This document shows, in pieces, positions 47,645-56,922 of a stretch of DNA of 64,000 bases. Source of the DNA: a virus. The stretch spans positions 32,001-96,000 of IMG/VR virus record IMGVR_UViG_3300043548_000722. One strand, 5' to 3'. Under the pieces are notes generated by a model. That model did no database searches. It was given only the letters and a program-made list of their open reading frames with translations, and was not told where the DNA came from. How positions within the stretch are numbered: the stretch's first letter is position 1; every line of letters starts with the position of its first letter. A program made the position numbers and the translations under genes.

Positions 47645-50600
47645 TTAACCCCTCTTTCCGATTCCCGAGACGTGGTTTCTTCCGGTAGCAGAACTGCCGC
47701 CAATAGTATCACGATAGTCTAGCACACGCTTGGCGCGCTCATAGCGCGGGTCTAGCCGATCTCCCTCGGTGCCCTCTAACGTGAAGGGATTGGCGGTTGA
47801 TGTCATCCGATGGCGAAGTCCGACACCCTTGATGTCTAAGAATTCGAGCTGACTTCCATACTTTTCGCTTCCAAAGTTAACCGCATTTGAATGAAATCCT
47901 CCCTGGTATTTTGCTTCAGGGCCCAATGTAGCGCCAGAGTTCTGCACCCTGCGAACCACTCTGCCTTGCGAGTCCAGCTGAACTTGTTTATCGCCCAAGA
48001 CTTGCGGTAGATTCGCAATCGGGCGGCGAGTGACTCCGTCGATGTACAACAGGGGGTCTGCTCCCGCCTCAGATCGAGTATCGGTGGCTTCCGAGTACTG
48101 CTTTGCTATCCAGTCTACAGCTTGTTCTATAGATCTAACTGCGTATCCATCAAGACTCTCGGACTCTGGCACAAGGTCGGTAATCGACATTGACTCAAAA
48201 AACGGCTTGTAGATCTTAGATGTAAGGCGAGAAACACCAGACTCATCAAGAGCAGCGGAGTAGTCCTTAGAGATCCACTGTGGGCGGATTGCCTCTTCTA
48301 CGGGAAGCTTGCCCTCTAATGATTCCTCATTCACGACCTCTGCTACGAGCGTGTCTTTAGGAATTGGTATGAGAACTTCGAAGTAGTTGCCAGACGCATC
48401 GGCATATGCCGTCTGGGGATACCCCGCGTCAAACAAAAGGCCCAAGAGTTCTCCTACGATTACCGAAGCAGATTCGGTAGGGATTATGCCCACCTCCTGA
48501 ACTGCATCTCCGGTTTTAAGGAAGTAAACAACTACAGCAGTCCCGTAGTCTCCAGTCCACAGTCCGCTATTGATTACTCCTCCAAGAACCGGAACGGGGG
48601 AAATTGAGATTCGGGGCTCTGATATGTCCTCGAACGTATCAAACGTGTCTGACGGAGACACGATCGTCGCATCAGTGGCTACCGGCAGTGAACTTAGAAA
48701 CTCTCCAATATCGTAGATACCGGCAGTTCCTTCAAACAGCTTCCAAAATGCTAGATCAGCGCCCTTTAGCTCCGCGGACATGGCCCGGACAATGCTGCTC
48801 TTGAGACTCCAAGTCTGAGTTGTTGAGACCTTTCTGCCTCCGGTCTGAATCGTCATAGTTGCATCGTTCTGGATTAACTCAAAAAACTGATCTTCAGCTT
48901 GAGATCCGGTCCTATGCGTTCGTACGTGGGTGAGCACAACACTCGTGATCGCTCCTCCTTGAGTTATTGAGTGCGTGACTGAATTGACCATCCCAAGGGT
49001 AAACGCCCTATTACTAAGATCTGTAGAGCCAGTCTCGTCAACTGTGATGGATGCATCTACGATTACCGCGGGAAACCCCGCTACAATAAAAGGACTGAAC
49101 GCAAGGCTAGCCGACCCAGTCTTCGCTTCGTATCTCTCAGACAAGAGCCGAAAGTGTGCCACTTTTCGAGCATAGGTCTCGTACGAAGGCATCAATACAT
49201 CTTCTGGAGATGACCCGTCTTGATACAAATTCTTATAGAATAGTACGTTATCCATAGCATGAAACTTAGGAATAATTCCACTATATTTCTCATGATCGTA
49301 GACCAGAATGGAATTTGGAGAGCCACCTTCCGATGACGATTGAATCGAGTCTTGAAGATTGTCGCCGGATACAAATTGCGGAGCATAAAACACTGACTTA
49401 ACTGCCGCAGATAAAGTCTGCTCAAGGCCAAGGTCTAACTGAAGCCGCGTCGTTTCTCTGAGCATGTCTCTTTGAGTAAGGAAGCTTTGTAATTGATCTG
49501 GGTAGATCACATTACACGCAGGAGGGGGAACGAACCACACATCCGGCCTAAAGATGAATGTTTTAAGACTTTCTCGTGGGGAAGATGACACCGGAGTAGA
49601 GGGTGTCGCTGGGGCCACTGAATCGCCCTCGGGGGTGACACTGCCAAGGGAGACCGCACCAGACTGTCTCCAGTTGCGAAGCTCGAAGTGGACCGGGTCA
49701 GCTCCTATGTTCCCCAAGATAAAAAGAGGATCCTGCCGCGAAGTTTCTGACGTAACTGCTAAAGAGCGAATCTCTGGGGTCCTTGCCGCAATGATCTGAA
49801 CGATCCGTCCCCAAACTACAAAGTCTTTAAATGTAAGAATGTCCTCTTTAAAGTCCTCTTGACTGCGATAGATTGATTCAAAATCAGAGGCATCTGGTCC
49901 TCGCGCCTCCAGGTCCGCCACCGTAGAAAGGCGGATTCCGCTCTCTGCCAGGGATGCAATAATTCTTCTAAGACGCAGATACCATGTCTCCCCCGATGCC
50001 ACGTCTTTAATTGGTTCTCCGGGCCCATTCGTGCGGTACGGCATCGCCACGCCAATTCGCGCACTACGGCCGGTCTCATAGATCATTTGAATATCGAGGG
50101 CTACCCGATTTACGTGGGCACTGCGCAGCTCATACGAAGTAATTTGCGCCTCTGTCGGATCTGCTCCCTCCCTGGAGCGCAGAATAGCAACTACTTCGGC
50201 TCGCTCCCGTAGTGCGTCAGTAACAACCACCTTGGCGCTGGTGTTGCCCGAGGGAAGAGTGGCCTTGGCCACCGCAGCGCGTACCTCTTCAAGAAACTTA
50301 ACTGCGATGTCCCGAAAGTCTGCCCGAAGCTCGTCTATCTGAGTGTCTCCGGTTGTTCCGACCGTGTCGATAGAATCGTCTGTCTCAACCTCGTATTTTG
50401 GAATGTCTCGATTTGGGGCATCCGGAACAACCTCTGATTTTCCGGCTACGTACGTTGGTGTTAAGTTGGTTACTACGTCGTAAAAGACATAATCAAGGAT
50501 CACTCGGAGAGTTTCTCGAAACGACATCACATCTCCGGCTGGGGCAATTCGATCCCTAAGCCAGTCTGAAAACTGAGATGTGTTGTATACGGACTTCGCA

Positions 50601-51286
50601 GTTTCTCCGGTGTCGGTAATGATTGACTCCAGGACTCTAGTCCGACGCTCTTGGATGGTAGTCCAGGGGCTCGTTCCGTAAAACTTTCCTTGTGCCCCAC
50701 TCAGAGTCTCAAGAATGTTGAGCAGTCCGCCAAGAGAGGAGTTCCTTGCTGACTGGAGAGCAGGAGACTCTGGGTTGCCTCGCGACAAATTACCAATAAT
50801 ATCGGAGGGCGAGTTTATAATGGAGTCGAAAGCAATTTGACTGGTTGTTAAAAACACAGAGTTGTTGTTTAGAATTGCGCTATTTCCGCCAATCTGTGCG
50901 TTGGCATCTGCGTTGTAGTTTAGGCTGTACGAGAAACTCGTATCCCACACCACAGAGAAGTCTCGACACATCAAGGAGCCGGATCTGCTCCCCATTCCAG
51001 AGTTCGAGAATGTGATGCTATGCACTTCTCCACAGAAGAGGAGCTTGTAGTGCTCATCGGCGGGCTCATTTAGTCCAGACTCCAGAAACTCCATAGAATC
51101 AAGAAAAAAGAGATGTACCGTTGTTCGAGGCAGCAGGAGCTTAAGCTTGTCCGTGGGCACGACCTCTATGTTCGCAGAGGCAGGCTGCCCCACGGTAGAC
51201 GTAACTGATGCCGAAATGACGGGGATTTCAATACCCTCCAAGAACAGCTTGAGATCAAGATAGAATCCAGGCGTTTTGCTTGTCAT
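47645..51286 (-). CDS. Baseplate hub-like protein with inserted M15-type peptidoglycan peptidase domain
   Basis: N-terminal LFLEGIEIPV...A.I...V.LF...LFCGEV.......L.CRD hub pattern; late G.VNSVTHSI......T.V.L; internal SAH....ALD and DPVHFEL motifs. Confidence 0.7.
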   Translation of the reverse strand: MTSKTPGFYLDLKLFLEGIEIPVISASVTSTVGQPASANIEVVPTDKLKLLLPRTTVHLFFLDSMEFLESGLNEPADEHYKLLFCGEVHSITFSNSGMGSRSGSLMCRDFSVVWDTSFSYSLNYNADANAQIGGNSAILNNNSVFLTTSQIAFDSIINSPSDIIGNLSRGNPESPALQSARNSSLGGLLNILETLSGAQGKFYGTSPWTTIQERRTRVLESIITDTGETAKSVYNTSQFSDWLRDRIAPAGDVMSFRETLRVILDYVFYDVVTNLTPTYVAGKSEVVPDAPNRDIPKYEVETDDSIDTVGTTGDTQIDELRADFRDIAVKFLEEVRAAVAKATLPSGNTSAKVVVTDALRERAEVVAILRSREGADPTEAQITSYELRSAHVNRVALDIQMIYETGRSARIGVAMPYRTNGPGEPIKDVASGETWYLRLRRIIASLAESGIRLSTVADLEARGPDASDFESIYRSQEDFKEDILTFKDFVVWGRIVQIIAARTPEIRSLAVTSETSRQDPLFILGNIGADPVHFELRNWRQSGAVSLGSVTPEGDSVAPATPSTPVSSSPRESLKTFIFRPDVWFVPPPACNVIYPDQLQSFLTQRDMLRETTRLQLDLGLEQTLSAAVKSVFYAPQFVSGDNLQDSIQSSSEGGSPNSILVYDHEKYSGIIPKFHAMDNVLFYKNLYQDGSSPEDVLMPSYETYARKVAHFRLLSERYEAKTGSASLAFSPFIVAGFPAVIVDASITVDETGSTDLSNRAFTLGMVNSVTHSITQGGAITSVVLTHVRTHRTGSQAEDQFFELIQNDATMTIQTGGRKVSTTQTWSLKSSIVRAMSAELKGADLAFWKLFEGTAGIYDIGEFLSSLPVATDATIVSPSDTFDTFEDISEPRISISPVPVLGGVINSGLWTGDYGTAVVVYFLKTGDAVQEVGIIPTESASVIVGELLGLLFDAGYPQTAYADASGNYFEVLIPIPKDTLVAEVVNEESLEGKLPVEEAIRPQWISKDYSAALDESGVSRLTSKIYKPFFESMSITDLVPESESLDGYAVRSIEQAVDWIAKQYSEATDTRSEAGADPLLYIDGVTRRPIANLPQVLGDKQVQLDSQGRVVRRVQNSGATLGPEAKYQGGFHSNAVNFGSEKYGSQLEFLDIKGVGLRHRMTSTANPFTLEGTEGDRLDPRYERAKRVLDYRDTIGGSSATGRNHVSGIGKRG

Positions 51287-52920
51287 AGGATCACCGACAG
51301 GATCGACCCAAAACTTCCAGGGGATATTGTCCCAGTATCTCCCCGCAGCCTCGCGGCTCTTCGTGATGCCTCTAGCCTTCGTTGTTCTGTAGAGAGTGTC
51401 TCACGGGAGATGTCGGCCTGTAGCGAAAGCTGAGTTTGACGTTCAAGATTTCCCGTATTTGGATTCGTAATATTATTTTGCAGCTCTCGCCTACGATTAA
51501 CGATGCTATTGCCGATAGCAAAGATGACCGCTCCAAAAGCTGCCCTTGATAAAATACGAAGTACGTTTGCAATTTTCTCGTTCCTGGCCTGAGCCGCGAT
51601 GGCTGTCCGGCCTGCGCTCTCAAGCTCAGCACGAGAGCTCAGGCCCGGCACCGCAGACAAGGCTGGGATGTCGATGCCGAACGCAGCAAACGCCGCAACG
51701 CTCTGAGACTGGTAGAAGACAGCCTCCCCCTTGACTTTTGCGTTACGCGCTTTCTCACTTTCCTGTAGGTACTGGATTTGAGTCTCCGCCCCTTCTCCGG
51801 GGTAGCTTAGGTACTCATCTGTGTTCTGGTAGTAGAGGGGAGGAGTTTTAACGCGCTTTCTGTAGTTCTCCTCGAGAGACAGATCCCCGGCTACGTTTGT
51901 GCGTAAGTCCACCGTCCGCACTGGGGATGACCCCGGATTATTACTAAAGATCAGTGTGGGAACGCCAAATAGGTTAGATACCGCCAAGTTGTTTAGGTCT
52001 TCCTGGGCGGATCCAGCGGCAAAAATCGATCCTCGTAGTCTCGGGGATGTGTAGCTAACTGGAACGACCAGGTTTCGGCCGTACAATAGGTTCCGAGCCG
52101 ACCTAACGAAGTTGTCCAGCGCCGCGTCAATCGAATTCAGTGCGCCAAAGAATTTTCCAACCGCAGTGGGCTCAGCAAAGGGAGACAGCTTAATATTTGC
52201 ACGACGAACCGCGGCGGTGGTGCTTTCGTAAGGGGAGTTTCCTGCCAAGTTGGTCACATCGACTGGAGATGGACCTGTGTTCAGTAAGGCAGGGGATGTT
52301 GCATCGACGTGTGGTCTGACCACATCCTCGACGAACATAGAGAAACTTATTTGGGTCATATACGGATCTTGTGCGGACACAGATGACGTACAGTTAAGAA
52401 GATACCCGTAGATGACAAGCGTGCTCCGTCCGTCGGCCACACGCAGCTTGGCCCTTGTGTTGGAGCTCGCCAGCGTAGTTCCACGAAGACGTTCCTCGTA
52501 ATTAAGCCACCATTCTCTGTGCCATTCAAAATCCGCAGTGTTAGGAACCACTGCGGTTACGGACACTTGACGCGGCTGCTCGCCAAAGAAGAATGCGTAA
52601 GTAGCGCCGAAAGTAGAGATGAATTGATGCTTTTCTGACCTGGACTCTGTAAATGACTGAATAATAAAGTTGGTCGTGTATGTTACAGGAAGTCCGACAA
52701 CTGCACTTGAGTTTCGTAATCTAAGATTTGTGGGGGCATCCCCTCCGGGCGTCACGATTTCAATTGATGCGTGCGAGTCTTTTGGGATCACAATTCCGCG
52801 CATCGGCCTTCGGACGAACGTAGTGGGGCTGTTCTCATTCTCGAGACTGGATGCCGCGGCGGGGAGTCGGAACCCACGTACCCGCTCTGTTTCGATGAAT
52901 TGAAGGATAGCAGAGCTCAT
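51283..52920 (-). CDS. Tail/baseplate protein (tube initiator-like)
   Basis: 545 aa; FIIQSFTESRSEK.Q...TFG..Y..FFGE.PR pattern; lies between tape measure and hub. Confidence 0.55.
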   Translation of the reverse strand: MSSAILQFIETERVRGFRLPAAASSLENENSPTTFVRRPMRGIVIPKDSHASIEIVTPGGDAPTNLRLRNSSAVVGLPVTYTTNFIIQSFTESRSEKHQFISTFGATYAFFFGEQPRQVSVTAVVPNTADFEWHREWWLNYEERLRGTTLASSNTRAKLRVADGRSTLVIYGYLLNCTSSVSAQDPYMTQISFSMFVEDVVRPHVDATSPALLNTGPSPVDVTNLAGNSPYESTTAAVRRANIKLSPFAEPTAVGKFFGALNSIDAALDNFVRSARNLLYGRNLVVPVSYTSPRLRGSIFAAGSAQEDLNNLAVSNLFGVPTLIFSNNPGSSPVRTVDLRTNVAGDLSLEENYRKRVKTPPLYYQNTDEYLSYPGEGAETQIQYLQESEKARNAKVKGEAVFYQSQSVAAFAAFGIDIPALSAVPGLSSRAELESAGRTAIAAQARNEKIANVLRILSRAAFGAVIFAIGNSIVNRRRELQNNITNPNTGNLERQTQLSLQADISRETLSTEQRRLEASRRAARLRGDTGTISPGSFGSILSVIL

Positions 52921-53165
52921 TTACGCACCACAGGCACTCGAGTGGTCACTATAGAAGTCACGATGTCGCGCGACAAAACTGATCCGTGCTTGGACCCTGT
53001 CCTCAACTCATCGATGACCTGTAAGTATCCCTGCCTTACAAGATCTTCGATGATAGGAAACTCAACAATTTCTACTCGTCGTCTGACATCAGATTCCGAG
53101 GTAGTGACGATAGAGGTGACCTTTCGTCGATCCGAGATAGTGTCAAGAATCTGAGTAGGCATCAA
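52917..53165 (-). CDS. Hypothetical protein
   Basis: 82 aa; GGAGG RBS; VTSIVTT occurs twice. Confidence 0.6.
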   Translation of the reverse strand: MMPTQILDTISDRRKVTSIVTTSESDVRRRVEIVEFPIIEDLVRQGYLQVIDELRTGSKHGSVLSRDIVTSIVTTRVPVVRK

Positions 53166-56100
53166 TCCTCCGGATCAAAAAGTGCAGTCAGGATACGGTT
53201 GTTGGATACAGCCCTCTCAACCTTATCTACCATTTCTGCTGTTTTAGTAACGGTTTCGGCCATTGTAATCACAGACTCTGAAAAAATATCCTCCGTAGTC
53301 TTACCTCTGCGGAGTACCGCACGCGCTCCCTCTGCCGTTCCATACGCCGACGACTCCGCGGCACTGAGAGTTCGTACTATCTCTTCGGCAACATCCCCTC
53401 TAAAGGCTCCGCCCTGTAGTCCGCGCGTGCGCACAAGTTCGTCGATAGAGGCGCCGTCTAGTCCCGCTTTCCTTAATTCATCTGGGGTCAGACCTCCGGC
53501 AGATAGTGCGCGCAAGTTCTGATATACGCCGACTCCACGTTCGATAAGTTGCTGCTCTGTAGTCGTGTCTGCCTGAAAGTTTCCCGCAGATGCGGCAGCG
53601 ATGACTGCCCCCAAGTTCTCCAGCTTATTTCCCTGGGTGCCCTGTTTAAATATTTGCTGAGCTTGCTCGCCCTCAAAGCTGTCCACGGATACCGAGCGGA
53701 TAAGCCGATCTACTGTATTTTCCAGCTCGCTGCCGGCCATGGCACGCTGACTTGTAACGGCTCCAGCGGCAATTTTTGAGATCTTTCCTTTCTCATCCTT
53801 AGTGAGGCCCCTGGCTCTTTCACTAGCACTCTTGTTTCCGAGTTGTTTCGATAAGACGGAATTAAAAGTTCCGAGTTGCTCGGACGTAATATTGATCCCA
53901 TACCGACGCCTAATCCGCTCTGCCGCCTTCTCGTAACCCTTCTCAGTAGAGGGAGATGTTTGGATACTGTCCGAAATAATAGAATCAATGTCTACCTGGT
54001 TTTTATCGTAAATAGCTGCCAGGTCCATGAGCGGGCCACCAGACTTAAACTCGTCAAGGAATACTCCTAGATCAGTCTTAGTAGCAGCGTTCAACGTCAT
54101 TGCGCCTATTCCGCTGACTGCTCCTGCTCCAAGCTTGAGTAGGGGGTTTGCTACGGGAAACGCAAGTGCACTCGCAGCAGCCGCCTGGATAGGATTCACG
54201 TCCGTTCCGGCAAAGCCTGAAAATGCTTGAGTTGCTGACTCTTGCGCGCGCTCGATCTCCGCAAACCTAAGATTCGTCCCCACAAGTCCGTCTTCTGCCA
54301 CAACCTCCGCCAAAAGACGCAGATTATCCGGAGACCCGTGCCCAATGTACGCGTCAACTTCCCTGTCGGAGTGTGGCTTGTTCGCGTACATAAGACGTCT
54401 ACGAACCCTCTCTCGCAAATCCTGCACCGCTTTTCGGCGCTTATCAGGATCCGCAATCTCTCGAATTGAAAGAATTTCTTTGTTAAGTGCTTCCCTCTCT
54501 CGTGCGTCGATAACACCTCCTGCCCCAAGAAGGCTTCCTCCATAGTTTGGTGCGAGAGCTGCTCCAAATTGAGCCGTGTTCTCTGTGTTTAGCGTCATTT
54601 GGGCAAGACTAGATAGGCCCACTGTGTCCTGGACAACTTGCGAGAAGTAGTCTCCTCCCCGCAGCGTCTCCATTGCGGCTGTACGCGCCTGCTGAGACAA
54701 CCCTCCCGTAGTAACGCCAAAAGAAGGCCCTCCTCCAAAGACTAGCCTTTCTATGCCTTCTGCCTCTGCGGTAAACCTGCGAGAGAACCTACTAAATGGC
54801 TGCGCAAGATCGGTCTGCACATCTTCTAAAGTACCTGTCGCCGACTGGTACAATCCTCCTAGCGTCATTTCCCTATTAGCCGCTGCATTTTCGTTAGTAA
54901 TCCGCTCCTGCTCAATACGCTGAGTTCTTGCGTCATTTACCATCTTTCTACTGTCGCGCATCTTTTGAAGAGCGCGAAGTGTACGACGGTCCATTTCAAA
55001 TTGGGTCTGAGCGATAAGTGCAATCTGGTCCTCACTGGTCTTTCCAGATTCCTTGGCAATCTCATCTATGAGTGCCAATACTGCATCAGATCCCTCGCCG
55101 GTTTCTAGCAGTGCTTGTTTAATGTCCTGCTGGCGTGTGACAAAAGACTCTTTACCAGACATGGTGGACGTCTTTTGCTGTCCCAGAGTTTTTAGGTCTT
55201 GGAGACTAAGGTCACCAGTTTGTAGTCTCTTTAGTAGATTGAGGTCGATGCCTCCCTTGAATCTGCCTTCTTGATTGGTTGTGCCGAGCGCACTGAGTAA
55301 TAGAGTGCCGGCTCCGCCGGACAGACCCTGTAGCGTAGACCCCAGTACTTGCTGCGACATCGCTGCAATCGCGTCTGCCGGCGTCTGAGCCCCTGTGATG
55401 TCCATCATCTCCGTTCCGGACAATCCGATGCCCGAGGTCATCCCCAGCGACAAGAGCTCAGCGACAGAACGAACCGACGTTCCGCCGGCTTTTCCGCTCA
55501 TACCCTGACCTCTCGTCATACCGGCTCCTCCCATAAGCAGCTGGGAGAATGCCTGCGAACTCATCCCCATCCCCCGCATAAAGGTCATACTCGCGGTATT
55601 TCCCATTACATCCGCGGACGTATAAAACCCAGCCCCCCGCATCTGTTCGAAAAACCTACTACTCTCCTCCATGCTCGTGCCTAAAGCACGCGCCATCTTG
55701 TGCAGAGTCTTACCGAGTTCCGTAACTCTTTTTGCTAGTTTTTCGGCATCCTGCACTCCCTGGTGCATGCCCATTTCCGTAAACCGCTCGGTCGCGCGAA
55801 GCGCATCTGTCATTGACACAAAGGGATTATTTTCTCCGATTGCAGTAATTCCACGCTGAATAGTATTGAGCTGGGATTGACTAAATCCTCTACCTGTCTG
55901 AGGGTTGCCTCCGAAGGGATTGTAGAACTGCATATTTCCGAACATTTGATTTACGGCGCCAGCCTGCTGAAGTCCTACGCCGGCAAAATGTGCTCCTGCA
56001 CCGGCGGCCATCAAGCCCACTCCAACTGGCCCTCCGAGCATCCCCATCATAAGCCCAGAACCGGAGCCAAATGCTGCACCACCTACGCCCGCAATAGACA

Positions 56101-56314
56101 AGGGAATAGAAGCCATTCCCAGCAGGGACGTGGCTTGAGAACTAATATTTAGCCCCGATTGCAGCATTTGCGGAGCGTATACGCGCGCGCCAGTCTGCTG
56201 GGAGGGTCCCATCGCATAGCTAAACGACGGAGGAAAGTGAGCACCTCCCACGTTCGGAACCATTGTAGGAGACGCTACTCCTGACATTCCAGGGGCTGTG
56301 CCGTAGGGGATCAC
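53162..56314 (-). CDS. Tape measure-like protein (1050 aa)
   Basis: Long helical Ala/Gly/Met-rich protein with Gly-rich hydrophobic segments, upstream of hub/baseplate genes; GTG start with GGAG RBS. Confidence 0.7.
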   Translation of the reverse strand: MIPYGTAPGMSGVASPTMVPNVGGAHFPPSFSYAMGPSQQTGARVYAPQMLQSGLNISSQATSLLGMASIPLSIAGVGGAAFGSGSGLMMGMLGGPVGVGLMAAGAGAHFAGVGLQQAGAVNQMFGNMQFYNPFGGNPQTGRGFSQSQLNTIQRGITAIGENNPFVSMTDALRATERFTEMGMHQGVQDAEKLAKRVTELGKTLHKMARALGTSMEESSRFFEQMRGAGFYTSADVMGNTASMTFMRGMGMSSQAFSQLLMGGAGMTRGQGMSGKAGGTSVRSVAELLSLGMTSGIGLSGTEMMDITGAQTPADAIAAMSQQVLGSTLQGLSGGAGTLLLSALGTTNQEGRFKGGIDLNLLKRLQTGDLSLQDLKTLGQQKTSTMSGKESFVTRQQDIKQALLETGEGSDAVLALIDEIAKESGKTSEDQIALIAQTQFEMDRRTLRALQKMRDSRKMVNDARTQRIEQERITNENAAANREMTLGGLYQSATGTLEDVQTDLAQPFSRFSRRFTAEAEGIERLVFGGGPSFGVTTGGLSQQARTAAMETLRGGDYFSQVVQDTVGLSSLAQMTLNTENTAQFGAALAPNYGGSLLGAGGVIDAREREALNKEILSIREIADPDKRRKAVQDLRERVRRRLMYANKPHSDREVDAYIGHGSPDNLRLLAEVVAEDGLVGTNLRFAEIERAQESATQAFSGFAGTDVNPIQAAAASALAFPVANPLLKLGAGAVSGIGAMTLNAATKTDLGVFLDEFKSGGPLMDLAAIYDKNQVDIDSIISDSIQTSPSTEKGYEKAAERIRRRYGINITSEQLGTFNSVLSKQLGNKSASERARGLTKDEKGKISKIAAGAVTSQRAMAGSELENTVDRLIRSVSVDSFEGEQAQQIFKQGTQGNKLENLGAVIAAASAGNFQADTTTEQQLIERGVGVYQNLRALSAGGLTPDELRKAGLDGASIDELVRTRGLQGGAFRGDVAEEIVRTLSAAESSAYGTAEGARAVLRRGKTTEDIFSESVITMAETVTKTAEMVDKVERAVSNNRILTALFDPED

Positions 56315-56360
56315 GTTAAACTCCGAAGTTTTGAGTCATAATATAGTTAGGAGGTGAGTA
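56315..56360. promoter_or_regulatory. AT-rich divergent promoter region
   Basis: Short AT-rich gap between divergent genes; AGTCATAATAT at 56334-56344; AGGAGG RBS for the plus-strand gene. Confidence 0.5.
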
Positions 56361-56672
56361 ATGGTATGGATATGGGTTGCGACAATGGTCGTGGCCGTCT
56401 TGAGTAAAATCAAGGCGGTGCTTGATCAAGAGGCGGCGATGGAGGCCGCCATCAGTGAGGAGTTCTTGGAGAGACTCCGCTGGAACTCCCGGATCCGGGC
56501 GGCGATGCGCGCCGAGGTCGAGGAGACCGAGGTCCAGTGGGTGACTTTGAGCGTCCCGTCTGTGGGCACGTTCAAGATTACCGCCGATGAGGCGGTGGTC
56601 CTCCAGAGGGAGGGGCTGGATACGGACAAGGCCCACCGAATCCTCCGGACGGCGCTTGAGCGTGGAGTATAG
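56361..56672 (+). CDS. Hypothetical protein with N-terminal hydrophobic anchor
   Basis: AGGAGG RBS; MVWIWVATMVVAVL; followed by a hairpin. Confidence 0.7.
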   Translation: MVWIWVATMVVAVLSKIKAVLDQEAAMEAAISEEFLERLRWNSRIRAAMRAEVEETEVQWVTLSVPSVGTFKITADEAVVLQREGLDTDKAHRILRTALERGV

Positions 56673-56674
56673 AC

Positions 56675-56700
56675 AGGCGGGGCCCTCCGGGGCCCCGCCT
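56675..56700. terminator. GC-rich hairpin between convergent genes
   Basis: AGGCGGGGCCC-TCCG-GGGCCCCGCCT. Confidence 0.65.
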
Positions 56701-56712
56701 TGTCATCGATCT

Positions 56713-56904
56713 TCATGTTAGCTGGCACGGTCCCTTCTCAGGCTCGTCGACCACGAACTTGCCGGTTTCGCGCGCAACGAGGAAGGACTTGATGATAGAT
56801 TTTTCGAAACGAGCAAGAGGCTCCGCTCCCTGGCTGCGGAACCAATGATCAAACGCTTCGATTTCTCGATCGAGGCGGGATAAAAGTTCTTTCTTTTCTG
56901 CCAT
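56713..56904 (-). CDS. Hypothetical protein (63 aa)
   Basis: Likely start ATG 56904 (MAEKKELLSRL) behind GGAG; track start 57039 overlaps the ligase. Confidence 0.6.
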   Translation of the reverse strand: MAEKKELLSRLDREIEAFDHWFRSQGAEPLARFEKSIIKSFLVARETGKFVVDEPEKGPCQLT

Positions 56905-56922
56905 AAGATCTCCGGAGGTCGT

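Noticed and set aside
19600-56314. Extracellular contractile injection system or T6SS instead of a phage tail
   Set aside because: Same window carries a portal-like gene and a full phage replication operon; no T6SS membrane complex or eCIS ATPase seen.
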